Of a stretch of 64,000 nt of DNA, positions 14,273 through 63,662 are shown in pieces. The notes under the pieces are model-generated. The model did not search any database and was not told where the DNA came from. It saw only the letters and a program-made list of their open reading frames with translations. This DNA comes from the human T2T-CHM13v2.0 reference genome, Homo sapiens. The stretch is taken from NCBI RefSeq assembly GCF_009914755.1, contig NC_060935.1; one strand, written 5' to 3'. Within the stretch, counting starts at the first letter, position 1; each line of letters opens with the position of its first letter. Made by a program: the position numbers and the translations under genes.

Positions 14273-14417
14273 CTGTCTTTCCAGTCTGCAGGGGTCCAGG
14301 GCTGCAGCTCCTGCCCCTTGGCCTGGAAGTGTTCGTGGACAAACGCCTGCAGCTGCTCCCTGGGGATGCTGTGATTGTGGTCCCTGGACAGCTCAGTGAA
14401 GGTCTGCAGGACTTGTT
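14273..14417 (-). CDS. TREH: TREH exon 3 (QVLQTFTELSRD...WTPADWKD)
   Basis: AG/GT boundaries, 145 nt. Confidence 0.95.
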
Positions 14418-14559
14418 CTGGAGAGCAGGCAGCAGGGAGGGGTCAGCAGGGTGTCACAAGCCACTCCCTAATCACAGGGGCCTCTCTACTTGGTCTTGCC
14501 CCCTGCCTTCTTTGGAGAGAAGGTTCTCTGGAGAGGACGTTCAGCCCTAGGTGCTTCAC

Positions 14560-14660
14560 CTGGAGCTATAGACAGTGGCATGTCCACAAACTGCTTGTCA
14601 TCCTGGTAGAGCTTGGCCATTTGAACTTGGTTTAGGAGCTCCCCGTGGCAGTAAATCTCA
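14560..14660 (-). CDS. TREH: TREH exon 2 (EIYCHGELLNQVQMAKLYQDDKQFVDMPLSIAP)
   Basis: ctgcag acceptor, gtgaag donor, 101 nt; DxKxFVD motif. Confidence 0.96.
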
Positions 14661-14778
14661 CTGCAGAGACAGGGATAGGAGCAGGTCAGGTCACCACCAC
14701 CACCCCATTAGGACAGAAGAGAAGGCTAGAGTCTGTGGTAGACTGGTCAAGGCATGTTCCCTGGGACTGGACAAGGGC

Positions 14779-14807
14779 TGTGTGTGCGTGCGTGTGTGTG
14801 TGTGTGT
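14779..14807. repeat. Interrupted (TG)n microsatellite ~120 nt upstream of the TREH exon 2 acceptor
   Basis: tgtgtgtgcgtgcgtgtgtgtgtgtgtgt. Confidence 0.9.
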
Positions 14808-14849
14808 TAGGAGTTTGTGGGTTGGAGTGACATACAGGGCTGAGGGAAC

Positions 14850-19321
<4,472 letters not shown>

Positions 19322-19429
19322 TGATCCAGCTGCCTCGACCTCCTAAAGTGTTGGGATTACAGGCGTGAGCCACCGCACCCAGCCTACAAATTTACTTTTA
19401 ACAAGGAGAAGCATTTAGAGAAAAAGACA

Positions 19430-21250
<1,821 letters not shown>

Positions 21251-21319
21251 ATTAAGTGAGGGGCTTCAAATGTCTTAAATATTAAATAAATGTAAGGTAT
21301 TACTTTTTATTTAAAAAAA

Positions 21320-29035
<7,716 letters not shown>

Positions 29036-29574
29036 AAAGTCATCTTCCCCTACATTTGGCAAACAGCCTAATGCTTGACAAAGCACTGGACCACCCAGCC
29101 TCTCTGAAGTCCTCATTACAATTGCTCAGGACAAAACCTATTAATTATCCCAGGTACACTTTTCCCCTTTATATTCCACAATTGTCATGGGCAAGCACTG
29201 TCAACTCTCCCTGTAACACACACCCTCTATTGAACCCCTTGTCTCTGTCTCTAGTCTAACCACTGGAACCCAAGCCCAAACCTTGTTGCCTGGAGCCCCG
29301 CTCTCCCCGGACCTGTTCCCACTCTGCCCCAATCACACAGGCCTTCGTCCCAATCCCTGAACAGTGCGTCAGGGCCTCTGCATGGCCCTTTCCATGCCTG
29401 GACTGTCCTCTCCCAGATCAGCTCAGCAATGGTTCCTGCCACAATTCTGCTTACACATCACCTCCTCAGAGACACCGTCCCTCCCCATCCTCTCTAACAC
29501 ACCCTCTGCTCACCCACACCAGCGGGCCCTAACTTCTCTCTACTTCAAACTGTGCTTCTGTTACTGTTTTGCTT

Positions 29575-30022
<448 letters not shown>

Positions 30023-30309
30023 TGATGGAAACTCAGGCTCAGGAAAGAGCCTTGACCTGCCCTGGGTCACAGAGAGAATATGAGGGTCAGGGCTCAAGCC
30101 CAAGTGCTGTCTTCAGGCCCTTAGGCTGCCTCTCACACCCAGACTAGGAAGCTGGAGCAGAAAGTTTGCTAGAACAATCCTGAGAAGAGGCCTGCACAGT
30201 TCAAGGGGCAGCTTGGAGGAGGAGAGGAAGGGAGGGCGGGCTCTGGCCAGCAGGCTCTTGGACCTCAGGCCAGGCTCTGGCAGCTGCGTCTGGTATCAGG
30301 ACTGCAGGT

Positions 30310-30616
<307 letters not shown>

Positions 30617-30756
30617 TCATTTTCTTCTCTTCCCTACTCTTTCCTTCCTTTATAATCTCTTCCTTTCCCTCTGAAGTACCGACCCCAGAGCTTGAGATCT
30701 CATCCCAGCCTCCCTCTTATTGCCATCCTCCCCTGCTGCCTTCCCCACACCCCTAC

Positions 30757-30845
30757 CTCTCACAGGGTGGGGGTAGGGCCTCCTGGGACCCCAGTCCCAG
30801 CCCCAGCAGCAGTAGCAGGCACAGCTCCCAGGTCCTCCCTGGCAT
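30757..30845 (-). CDS. TREH: TREH exon 1 coding part (MPGRTWELCLLLLLGLGLGSQEALPPPCE; signal peptide)
   Basis: GCCACCATG Kozak context, Leu-rich signal peptide, AG|gtaggg donor, phase 2 matching exon 2. Confidence 0.96.
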
Positions 30846-30928
30846 GGTGGCTGTGACTGTGACTGAATGAGCAAGCCCAGGCACCTTCGGCTTGCTGGGC
30901 ACAGCCTGGCTCACCTGCCTGTCCAAGT

Positions 30929-30941
30929 CGGCCAAAGTCCA
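30929..30941 (+). promoter_or_regulatory. HNF4-type DR1 site (CGGCCAAAGTCCA) in the TREH proximal promoter
   Basis: Exact CAAAGTCCA core ~85 nt upstream of the ATG; second CAAAGGCCA at 31134-31142. Confidence 0.6.
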
Positions 30942-31398
30942 GCCTTTGAGGCGTGGCCACCTGAGGGGACGTGTGCTTGGTCTGTGTGTGGCCCGCTTGC
31001 CCCTCCTGCTCTCAGGGCACAGTGGCCACCTCCCTTGCTTCTACTTTGCCTCTTCTATTTCACAGTCTCAGCTGGTGCCAATGGCTCAGGCCCTTCCCTC
31101 AGAGCATGGTGGTGGGGGTGGGGAGTGGGCACCCAAAGGCCAGGGACACAGTCGAGGCCACACACCTGTAACCTGGATGCCAGGTTCCTTGGGTGGCCCC
31201 AAGACCACCAACCTCAGAGAGTTACCATTTCCCTTAACATTTCAAATGGAATGGCTCAAGATCCTGTCCCTGGTGTGGTGTGAAATTCAGGGCCTCTCAC
31301 TGTTATCTGCAAGAGATACAGCGGAAGCACAGGACAGTAGAACCATTCTCTCTGGGGAGGACTAAGGGAGACCCACAATAGTGTGTCATTTGTAATGA

Positions 31399-31679
<281 letters not shown>

Positions 31680-31955
31680 TGAGCCACTGCGCCAGTCCTA
31701 ATGAGTCTTGATGACCGCATAGGAGTTTGCCAAGGGAAATGGGCTGGAGACCACTACAATGTATGCAGAGCATGTGAAGAGAAGAGCAAACCCCTCAGCC
31801 TAGCTGCAGAGAACTTGGTGTTCATGCAGGGAAGGGTTTTGAGATAGACTGGAGGAACATGTTGGCACCAGTCTGGAAATGGTCTTTGCCAAGCCAAGGA
31901 ATGTAATTCCTTGTAATTCCCCAAAGTGGAACCAGCAGAGAAGTTTGTGAGCTTA

Positions 31956-32306
<351 letters not shown>

Positions 32307-33584
32307 TCAACATATGGAAGGTGAGCTGAAGGGACAGGGGACAGGGGGTGGGCAAGGCACATGGAGTTTAATGATAGGCATGACCTCTCCTGAAGGACTT
32401 AGGTTTGCAGTTAAGGATGTCAGTTGTGGCACCTGAGCAGTGTTTACTGCTATTAAAAAGAAAAACCTTAGACAAATTAAATTTAACCATTTATTCAAGC
32501 AAAGAAATGACTCATGAATCAGGCACCACTCTGAACTAGTAAAGGTTCAGATAGCTCCACCCAGTAATGTGGGCAGCTGGCATTGTTTTTTTTGTTTGCT
32601 TTGTTTTTTGAGACAGGGTCTCGCTCTGTTGCCCAGGCTGGCATGCAGTGGCTCCATCACAGCTCACTGCAGCCTTGATCTCTCAGGTTTAAGGGATTCT
32701 CCCACCTCAGCCTCCTGAGCAGCTGGGACCACAGGCACATGCCACCACGCCCAACTAATTTTTAAATTAAAAATAATTTTTTTTTTTTTAGAGATTGGGT
32801 CTCCCTATGTTGTCCAGGCTGGTGTGGAACTCCTGAGCTCAAGCAATCCTCCTGCCTCATCCTCCCAATGTATTGGGATTACAGGTGTGAGCCACCATGC
32901 CTGGTCAACAATTTTTAAGTGTACAATTCAATTTCCTTTTATTACATTCACAATGCTGTGCAACCACCCTTGCATTCTTTGGATAAATCTCACTTGGTCA
33001 TGATGTCTAATCCTTTTAATAAACTGTTGGTTTTGGCTTGCGAGTATTTTTTTGAGGAATTTTGCATCAATATGTATAGAGCATATTTGACTGTAATTTT
33101 CTTTCCTTGTTTTGTTTTGTTTTTTTTTTTTTTTGGACACATAGTCTTGCTCCATCACCCAGCAGGCTGGAATACAGTGGCATGAACACAGCTCACCACA
33201 ACCTCGACTTCCTGGGGCTCAAGTGGTCATCTGGCCTCAACCTTCTGAGTAGCCAGGACTACAGGTGCATGCCACCACGCCTGGGTAATTTTTAAATTTT
33301 TTTGTAGAGACTACATCTGACTGTGTCGCCCAGGCTGGTCTTGAACTCCTGGCCTCAAGTGATCCTCCCGCCTTGGCCTCCCAAAGTGTTTCTCCCCAAG
33401 TGTGAGCCACCATGCCCAGCCCTCTTGTGATGTCTTTATCTGGTTTTAATATCAGGGTAATGTTAGCCTCATAGCATGAGTTAGGAAATATGCCCCTCTT
33501 CTATTTGTGGAAGTGTTTGAGAAGGATTGTTAATTCTTTAAATGTTTGGTAGAATTTACCAATGAAGCCATCTGGTCCTGGACC

Positions 33585-34326
<742 letters not shown>

Positions 34327-34522
34327 TGAGGGTTCCTTTTCTCCACATCCTCACCAGCATTTGTTATTGCCTGTCTTTTGGATAAAAGCCATTTTAACCG
34401 TAGTGAGATAATATCTCATTGTAGTTCTGATTTGCATGTCTCTGATGATCAGTTATGTAGCGCACCTTTTCATATACCTGTTTGCGACTTGTATGTCTTC
34501 TTTTAAGCAAGGTTTATAGTGA

Positions 34523-34786
<264 letters not shown>

Positions 34787-35176
34787 TGATTCTCCTGCCT
34801 CAGCCTCCTGAGTAACTGGGACTACAGGCGCCCACCACCACACCCGGCTAATTTTTGTATTTTTAGTAGAGATGGGGTTTCACCATATTGGCCAGGCTGT
34901 TCTTGAACTCCTGACCTCATGATCCACCCACCTCAGCCTCCCAAAGTTCTGGGATTACCGGCATGAGCCACCACGCCCGGCCTCCAGCAGTTCTTTTTTT
35001 AGTATTATATGTTTACAACTAACCAAGTCTACTCAAATAACACTACATTTCATGGTAGTGCAAGTACCTTATGATAACAAAGTAGTCTTAACTTCTCCCT
35101 CCTGTCCCTTCTATCATTGCTGTCATTCAGTTCCCTTATCCATAAACTAGAATCGTTGAATACACAGTTGCTATTA

Positions 35177-35410
35177 CAGATTGAGCACCCCAAATCTGAT
35201 AACCCAAAATCTGAAATGCTCCAAAATCCAAAACTTGTTGAGTACAGACATAATGATCAAAGGAAATGCTCACTGAAGCATTTCAGATTTTGGATGATCA
35301 GATTTGGGATTTTGAACCAGTAAGTATATTGCAAATATTTCAAAATTCAAAAAAAAAAAATCCAAAATCCAAAATTCTCCTGGTATCAAGCATTTTGGAT
35401 AAATGCCCTG
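35177..35410 (+). mobile_element. Tigger4a-like DNA transposon MITE
   Basis: TA|CAG.TTGAGCA.CCC start, repeated aaatccaaaat units, caagcattttggataa end. Confidence 0.8.
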
Positions 35411-35580
35411 TTTTATTTTGAACAAACCATTATCTGTTAGATTAACTAAGGATAAGAAAAGTAAAAGCTTTTATTTTACCTTCACTTATTCCTTCTCTAA
35501 AGCTCTTCCCTTGTTTATGTAGTTCAAAGTTTCTAACTTATATCATCTTTCTTTTCTCTGAAGAAGTTTTTTTTTTTTAA

Positions 35581-35877
<297 letters not shown>

Positions 35878-37097
35878 TAGAGACGGGGTTTCATCATGTT
35901 GCCTAGGCTGGTCCCAAACTCCTGAGCTCAAAGCCATCTGCCTGCCTCGGCCTCCCAAAGGGCTGGGATTACAGGCATGAGCCACTGTGCTGGCCTCTCC
36001 ATCACTTTTGAAGGATGGTTTTGCAGGAAAGAGATTCTAGGGATTATAGGTTGGTGGGGTCTTCTTCTCTGTCAATGCTTTAAATATCTCACATGGCTCT
36101 CTTCTTCCTTGCATGGTTTCTAAGAAGTCTGGTGTTATTTTTATCCTTGGTCCTCCATAGGTAAGGTTTTTTTTACTCCTCTGCCCTCTTCCAAGACTTT
36201 TTATCTTTGAATTTCTGCAATTTGAATATAATATGCCTAGGTGTTGATTTTTTCTTCTTTTTGGGGGGCATCTGTCTTCCTTAGTATTTTCTGAGCTTCC
36301 TGGATCTGTGGTTTGGTGTCTGATACAAATTTGGGGAAATTCTCATTCATTATTGTTTCAAATGTATCTTCAGTTCCCTCTTTCTTGCTCTGTATTCCCA
36401 TTAATGCATATGTGATGACTTTTGTCATTGTCCCACAGTTTTGGATATTCTGTTCTGTCTGTTTCAGTCTTGCCTCTCTTTGCTTTTGAGTTTTGGAAGT
36501 TTCTATTGACATATCCTCAAGTTCATGGATTCTTTCCTCAGCTTTGTCCAGTCTACTAAAGAGCTGATCAAAGGCACTTCCTTTGTGTTTTTTTCTCCTC
36601 ATTGTACTTCTTCTTTGTTTTTTTCTTAGAATTTTCATCCCTCTGCTTAAATTACTTATCTGTTCTTGCATGTTGTCTACTTTTTCCATGAGCACCCTTG
36701 GCATGTTAATCATAGTTGTTTCAAATTTCCGGCCTGATAATTCCAACATCCCCGCTATAGTTGAGTCTGGTTCTGTTACTCGCTCTGTCGCTTCAAGTGG
36801 TATTTTCTGCCTTTTAGTAAGACTTCTAGTTTTTTCTTGAAACCAAACCAGTACTGGGTAAAAGAAACCCAGTGTGGAGGTGTCTACTCTGGTAAGTTGT
36901 GACTCTCTGGATCTGCCTGTCTGTCTCCAGTTTTGGAGGCAGCTCTGTGACCTTAATTTGCTCTGTGACCTTAATTCTCTGACAGATCTAAGAAGAGTTG
37001 CGGGTGTTGTTTATTCAGCTTTTTACTGTTGTTAAGATGGAGTGACAGTTGCCACACTCCTTACACCCTAAGCCAGAAACAAGAAACCCCCATTTAG

Positions 37098-37900
<803 letters not shown>

Positions 37901-37903
37901 TAG

Positions 37904-38465
<562 letters not shown>

Positions 38466-38881
38466 TAGGAAAACAAACATTTTAGATAACATATTGTAGC
38501 AATGCTGGGTACTGGCTGCCTCACCACACTCTACCCAGAGCGTGCTATTGTTCATTTGTGTATTTGGGGAGCAACTGGCTGAATTATGGTCCTGGTCTAT
38601 TTCCCACCCTCTGTGTTAAGCCCATGAGGTTGCTCCTCGGGGAGACACAGCTTTGGGGATGGCTACAGCCACTCTGGGGTGACAGTGGTCTTGGCAGGGC
38701 TCCCTTCCTCTCTTTCCCTGAGCACATCCAGCAGTTAAACTCCACTAATTGCCAGCTGATTTTACAATTGTTTTAATGATGCCCTGGGGGATAAATAGAT
38801 CAGAGACAATCCATTCAAATTCAGACTCCTTTGAAGGAATAATATCAGGGGCAGAAATAAATTATACATATTTCTTCGGGC

Positions 38882-43210
<4,329 letters not shown>

Positions 43211-44780
43211 TATTATGGGGCCTATTATGACTGCACAAGGGGCCTCAAGTTCATTCAGGCCAAGCCTCTCATTCTGCAGAGAACCACACAGTGGTTGCCG
43301 GGATTTGCCCAAGGCTGGTGGGTTGGTCATGAGGGCAGGCCCGAACTCATCTCTATTTTCTTGCATTCCGGCTCTCCTGATGTTCCAGGCCCATCTCTGA
43401 GTCATCCTTGGACAGGAGAGATCCCAGAGGGTAAACAGGACATGAGCCTGCAGTGAGGGGAGACAGAGGAGGAGAGAACTCCCTGAAACAAGAGGAGAGG
43501 AGGAGCTGGTGGGGAGGACACAGGTAGGGCAGCGGGCAGACCACCAAGGGGCAGGCTTGCTGTTTCGCAGCCTGACCCCCAGCCTGTGTGCCTCATTGCC
43601 GCCTCCTCCTCCCAGAGCAGGGCCTACGCCTCAACCAGAGCTTGGAGCAAGACAAGGAAGGCTCCATTTCTCTCCTCCTACTCCTCTACTCAAACCACAG
43701 CCATCTGTACATCAGAAACTTTTTTTTTTTTTTTTTTAGCCCTCAGCTGCCTGATGCCCATGGTTGGGGTTTGGGCTGAGTCACCAAGGGCTGCCTGCAC
43801 ACACCAGGGAGGGCTCCTGAGCACCCACTCTCAGGCTTTGCACGTTTCCGAAATTCTGCACACGACAGCAATTTTTGCAGCAAGGGTGTGGAGGGTGCCT
43901 GTGGGCCAGTCACCAGCCTGCTGCAGCTGTCCGTGGTTGCCTCTGTCTGCCAGGGCTGCACGACCTCTGGTTTTCACCTCAACCACTGCGGCTTCCTCTC
44001 TCCCCGTGGGAACAGGGCATGGGGTGAGGGAGCTACCATGCCCAGACAACTAGGCATCTCCCTGCCAGGCCAGGAGTTCCACTGCCACAGCCCAATACCA
44101 GCAAATTCAGATGCAACCAAGTGACCCCAACTCAAGTTACATTCCCTTTCTCCCCCACAGGCTCTGCAGTCCCAGGGATTCGCAGTGTTAGTTGATCTCC
44201 GGGGACACTAGTTCCCAAGAGACCCCACTGAAGGCCTGGCTGTACCATCATAGGCTGTGTGCCCTTGGGCAAGAACCTCTACCATTCCTCGTTGCCTGTA
44301 TATAAATTGAAGGCTTTGCTCTAGGTCAGTGTTGCAAACTCAAATTCCAGTAATAGGAATGTGCAAAATATGTTGGGGATAAGGGAGCCAACAGTGCAAG
44401 GGGGAAGTGAGTGTTGGGGACCTAGTCTTGGGGTGACGGGAACTGGGCTGAACCGGAAGCGTATTCCTGTGTAAGGGAGGCCACTGCTCAGAGGGTGGCT
44501 GCTATGGGGCTGGGGGATCCTGATTTGTCAAAGGAAGGTGGAAATTTATATTTCAGCTCACACGCTCCTGTTTTTAAAATGTCTCAATGTCTCTAATTCT
44601 GACTGTAAATCTAAGAGTGATTCCTGTGTGGGTACGGTTAGGAGGAGTCTGACCTCCACCAAAGGGGCTTTGTGGGCCGGGACTTCGTACTCCTGCAGAG
44701 CGCAGGACCGCACCCCTGAATGCAACCTCAGCCTGGAATGTTGACACAATCATTTGGTGTCCCTTTAAATTGGTATCCTA

Positions 44781-45014
<234 letters not shown>

Positions 45015-46263
45015 TCACCACTTAGCTTGTCTGCCCAGTCTTTCTTAACACATTTACAAGCAGATACATCATTGGTGGGAAAACAGAACACTTTAAAATA
45101 TGGGTTCAGCTTTGATTTCAAGGAGAAGCTGCAAGCTGTGTGAAGGGCTGGGAAGGGCACCACAGGAGACGCAGCTCAGCCTCTTCTTCGTCCTCAGCAA
45201 CTCAGCTCTGACCCCAAGTTTCACCCCATGCAGCAAGGGCTCTGAGCCCTCCTGGGCCCACCATCCTTAGAAAGCAGCTTAGGGGAGGGAAGTCTTATTG
45301 TCCCCACTGCAAATTATTTCTTTGAGGAAAAGCTACTAGTTTCCTTCTCAATGCCTGTTCTCAGGGTATCAGCGTGACCAGCTTTGTTTAAGTTGATTTT
45401 CCAGGCTCCCCTACAGTTCAGGGTGGCCAGGGACCCAGTTCTGGCAAATGAGACATAAGTGGACGTCACTGCAAAAGGATCTGAGGCAGGCTCCTAAAAG
45501 GGGAGAGACTCAACCGGCTCTGCGTTGAGTCCTTTGCCCTCCCTCTTCCTGCCTTGATGCAGATGAAAGGCTTGGCACTGCAGCAGCCACCTTGTATCCA
45601 CGAGGCAGTAAACCTCAGCCGACAGCCACCTGCTTCAGATGGCAGCCCAGGAAGGTGAAAAGAGACTGGGTTCTCGATGGCAACTTCGAGTCACGACAGC
45701 CTTAGACTTCTGTGATATGAAAAAACAACCCTCATAGTTGTTTAAGCCTCTGGTTTTCAGATTTCTGTCACAGCTGAAGGGAATCTCAAGCAGATCCTTC
45801 CTCTGAGCATCTGCTCTCTTCTCAAGGGGCCTTCCGGTCACATGCTTTCCTTCATTCCCATTACATTTCCGTCCAGGTTCTAATGTCCTAGGGATATTGT
45901 AGCACGCCTCTGCCTGGCCTAACTTCAACCTCCCTCTGGATGTGAGAGGCAGACCTCACTGTAGGAAGAGGGTGAAGGAAGGGTGTCGAATAATGCATAA
46001 GGAACCAAGGACTAATATCCATATATACAGACCCAAACATCAGGTGACACTGAGCGTGTGCATCCACAGCTTCTCACACCTGCCTTGTCTGGTAGACACC
46101 AGCTCTGGATCCCCAGACCTCTCACCTGAGCTCTAGGGCAAACGCTTCCCAACATCCCCCGTGGCGGGCAGCGAGGCCGGGATGGTGTGGAGCTGCGCAC
46201 TTCCAGCTTCTGGGATGCAAGGCCCTGTCACCACTCGATTTCCAGGTGTCTGCTTCACAGTGA

Positions 46264-56230
<9,967 letters not shown>

Positions 56231-56923
56231 GTTGTGATGTTCTAATTTGGACTTGGAAGTCAAATAATCGCCCCATGCCCTGTGGTTGCTGTGGTTGCAT
56301 GCCCTGCCCCGGTGGAAGCTGGGGAAGTGTTTCCTGTCTGTCATCCCACCCATTCACGTGTCCTTATTATGGGTGAAGCCCAGAGAGCGAGAGCTCTCAT
56401 TGTGGCCAAGGCTGCAGCCTTGCCACTGTCACGGAGCACAGCTCACGTCTCCTCTGAGCCGTTATTTTGTTTGTATGAACCCAGAATGTATGTAAATTCT
56501 GATGGGGTAAGCGGGCAGACAAAAAGGTCACTGAAGTGTCCCAAACAGAATCTCATTGTGTACTGGAGAGGAGGCAAAATAATCACTTGCCAGAGGGCGG
56601 AGCTTGGTTTTGTGGGACCTGAAGCTTAAATAATTTGGGGAGGCCTCTTTAAGAAAAAGAATCAAATTATGAATACAAAATTAGGATGAGGGTGTTTGAA
56701 GGGCCTCATGCAAGTGCGGTGCCTGGGACTTCAGCTTCATTAACTTCGCGTTCAGTCTACGCCTGCTTGCCAGTGGACTGGGTTTGTCCTGCTTGGAGTC
56801 TGGTTTTGTTTGTTTCCAAACTTATAAAATTAGATGTCTTTTCTTCTTTCCTTTTGCATTTGCAAGTGTATTAACATTTAAGAATTGAGCAGGCCTTCAA
56901 TAATATAGCTTCTCTCTCTCTCT

Positions 56924-56958
<35 letters not shown>

Positions 56959-58179
56959 AAGATGACTCTAACCCCTCCCTGCTTCAAATCACGAACTTGC
57001 ATTATAGGCACACAAAGGATGCTGACTCCCTCCAGCAGCCTCGTTTGCAGTACGGAGCCTGGGGCCCTTAATGGGATAACAGGGAAATGGGGAACTGGAA
57101 AGAATCTTCCAGCAGTTGAGTCTGTTTGCCCCAGGCACCATGTTAGATGATTACATTGTGTTCCTTCGCCCTTTTGCCAGGGTGACGGGCAGGCACTCCC
57201 AGGCTCTCCTCAAAACAGCTCCGATTTTAAGAGGGAAAAGCCAGGACACCACAAGTTGCAGTTCAAATATGAAACTGTTAGCAGAGTCATTTTGGCATAA
57301 AACCCACTGTATTAGTTGGTCTCCCACCAGGAAACAGATGGCATATTCAAAATAGGATCACTGGAGGAGAGTTTATTTGCAAAGATGTGGGTGTCGGGGA
57401 ACCACAAAGGATGGCGCAGTAATCCAGAGTTTAGCAGCAGCCAGGCGGTGCCCTCACGAAGCTTGAAGGGATGAAGGGGAGAACAGTCCCTGGCACCCAC
57501 AGGGAGAGAGCGGTGCTGCGAGGCCCCAGGAAGAGAAGATGTCATTGTCCCTTGAGGGATACAGCCAGCCAGGGAAATAAACACCCTGACCTCCCTCTCC
57601 TGTCTCCCTCTGGCCACCTGCCACGGGAGTTGGTGGATGTGGACCACACTGGTCAGCCTCAGAGGGCAGGGTGGAGATGGTGAGGGGGTGCATACGGAGG
57701 GGCAAACAAAAGGTAAATAGCCCAGCCCAGCCCTTTGGCCTCTCAGCACCCGCTCTAGACTTTTGTCCAGGTGAAGAGCTTGTTCGCCTAACACAGGGGA
57801 TCTATAAGTCGTAATAGCTACCATATCATTGTGGACTGATGTCAGCTGGTCATACTCTCAGCTGAAATCGCCGGTGTTCCTCAGTTAAGGTAATGAGTAA
57901 AACGGGGTGCAACGGAGTGAATTTTTTTTTTAAGATGTTTCTTGCTTTGTCCCCTAGGCTGGAGTGCACTGGCATGATCTCTGCTCACTGCAACTGCTGC
58001 CTCCCAGTCTCAAGTGACTCCTGCCTCAGCCTCCCAAGTATCTGAGGTTGCAAGTGCACACCCGGCTAATGTTTGTATTTTTAGCAGAGACAATGTTTTG
58101 CCATGTTGGCCAGACTAGTCTTGAACTGCTGATCTCAAAGTGTTGGGATTACAGGCGTAAGCCATGGTGCCCAACCCAA

Positions 58180-59170
58180 CAGAGTGAATGTTTACGTCTC
58201 CTCGCAATTCCTGTGTTGAAATGCTGACCCTCAAGGGGATGGTGTGAGATGGGGCCTTTGGGAGGTGATTAGGGTACGAGGATGCGGTCCTCATGAGTGG
58301 GATCAGGTTCTTATAAAAGAGGCCCTAGAGGAATCCTTTGTGCCTTCTGACATGTGAGGCCACATGAAGAAGATGCTGGTTATGAGCCATGAAGCAAGCC
58401 TTCACCAGACGCCAAATCCGCTGGCTCCTCGATCCCCTCGATCTGAGGCTTCCCAGCCTCCAGAACGGTGGGAAATAAATTTCTGTGATTTATGCTACAC
58501 CCAGTCTATAGTATTCTGTTACAGTAACCCAGATGGATTAAGATGGAGAATGGATTGAGATGGGGAAGAAAAAAAGCCCCAAATTCATGAAATGTAGCTG
58601 CTACAGTCCCCACCTCCTTAGCTGTCCCCAAAACCTAAGCAGGTAATCATAACTTCCATTCTGTGCTCACCTTACCTCTGCTGGCACCTTTTTGGACAGG
58701 GTTCTCTACTTGGCGAGGTGACCCAAATCTTCATTCCTGCAGGGTCTGAGTCCTCGGCCGCTGCGATCGTTTGAACATTGTTTGTCCCCACCGAAACTCA
58801 TCTTGAGGCTTGGTCCCCACTGTAATGATGTTGAGAGGTGGCGGGACATTTAAGGGGTGTTTGAGTCATGAGGGATCCAGCTTCACGAAGGGATTAGCGC
58901 AGGAGTGCGTGAGTTCTTCTTGTGGGACTCGATTGATTACTGCAGTTGCCAGTTGTTACAAAGCAAGGCTGCCTCTGGCCGCGTGCCCTCTTCTGCTTCC
59001 TATTTTCTCCCATGCTAGAAGCAGCACAAGGCCCTCACCAAATGTGGCCATCCATTTTGGACTTCTCAGCCTCCAGAAGCGTGGGCTAAGTAAGCCCCTT
59101 TCCTTTGTAATTTACCCAGTTGGACTAAGACAGGTGTTTTGTTATAGCAATGGAAAACAGACTAAGACAG
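58180..59170 (+). mobile_element. MaLR LTRs (MLT1A-like ~58180-58545; MST-like ~58760-59170)
   Basis: ggggcctttgggaggtgattagg..gag motif; ends ttatagcaatggaaaacagactaagaca. Confidence 0.75.
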
Positions 59171-59493
59171 TTGCATTGTATTTGGGGGTGGCCACAGTTT
59201 TCCATTGACTAGGACTGTTGGACTAGGAGTGCTCCAGTGATGTCTCTGATTTCAGACACTGTCTTCCTCGCCCCTTTTCAACAGCAGCAATCCAGTTTCA
59301 TCCTGTGATCAGGGTCCATCCTCTACCTACTACCATAACCCCTCTCTTTGCTTCTTGGTCTATGGCATGCAGAGCCCCAAATGAGCAGGGAGTAGCTTCA
59401 ACTTCCGATTCATCAGAAGCATGACTGTTTCCTCTAACAGCATTTCTTTTCTAGGCCCCAGGACCTCCAGCGTCAATGTTGTGGGATGATGGG

Positions 59494-59957
59494 TGACAGA
59501 GCCAAAGCATCGCCATCTTGGACAAGCACGGTCATTCTGAAGTTCCCCTTGATCAAAAACTGCCTAAACCCAAAGGATATCAGCCTGATGGCTAAGGTCA
59601 GCATGACCATAAACCATAAATAACATCTCTGACCAGGAACATTCCAAACCCCTCCATGAGACATGCCAGCCCTGAGATAACCTCCCCTCCGGCCAGAAAG
59701 ATGTCAGACCCAAGATAACCTCCCCTCCGACCAGAGACATCCCAACCCTGCCATAAACTTCTCCCCCACACAGAAACATTCTGAGCTTGTAATAAGCCCC
59801 CTCATCCTAAAACCAATATATACTCTTAGTCCGTAAGAGAAAGTGCTCCTGAACAAAATTGGCCAGAAGCCCCTCTCCGGCTTATTTTCTCTAAAATACA
59901 TCTGTCGTTAAATTGAGCCACAGTTCGTGTTTCTTCCCTCTTTCTTTAACTCTTACA
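59494..59957 (+). mobile_element. ERV1 solo LTR (LTR15-like)
   Basis: TG...CA termini, 5-bp TSD ATGGG (59489-59493, 59958-59962), internal gataacctcccctcc repeats. Confidence 0.8.
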
Positions 59958-60403
59958 ATGGGAAGCAAACTTTTTTAGTGGGTTATTAGGAATAATAGTG
60001 AAAAGCATAATTCTCCTCTCCAGGCCTTGCTTCCTGGACCCACACATCTCACCTGTGGGGAAGATGGAACCATATATTGGCCACTGGTTTAATGTACAAG
60101 ATGTGTCTCCAGTCCCAATGGTAGACATCCTATAGCCAAGACTCCATCCAATTGCCTGACCTCCACATGTCCCTACTCTGACTGGAACCTTGTGGGTAGT
60201 TTAGGTCTCTGAGGATCAGTCAAGCTCAGAGCAAGATTGAATAACCCCTGGAAGGTGTGGATATTCCTATTTCCCCAGGATCAGAGGCATATTTACCATA
60301 AAGCTAATGATGCTTATGCTTCAAGACTGCTCACTTACTAAAGCCCTGGTGTTAACATGATCATATGCATTTATAAAATTTGCAAACATAAAAAATTTTT
60401 TAG

Positions 60404-63662
<3,259 letters not shown>

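Noticed and set aside
36237-36749. 170-aa coiled-coil-like ORF
   Set aside because: Decayed L1 ORF1 remnant
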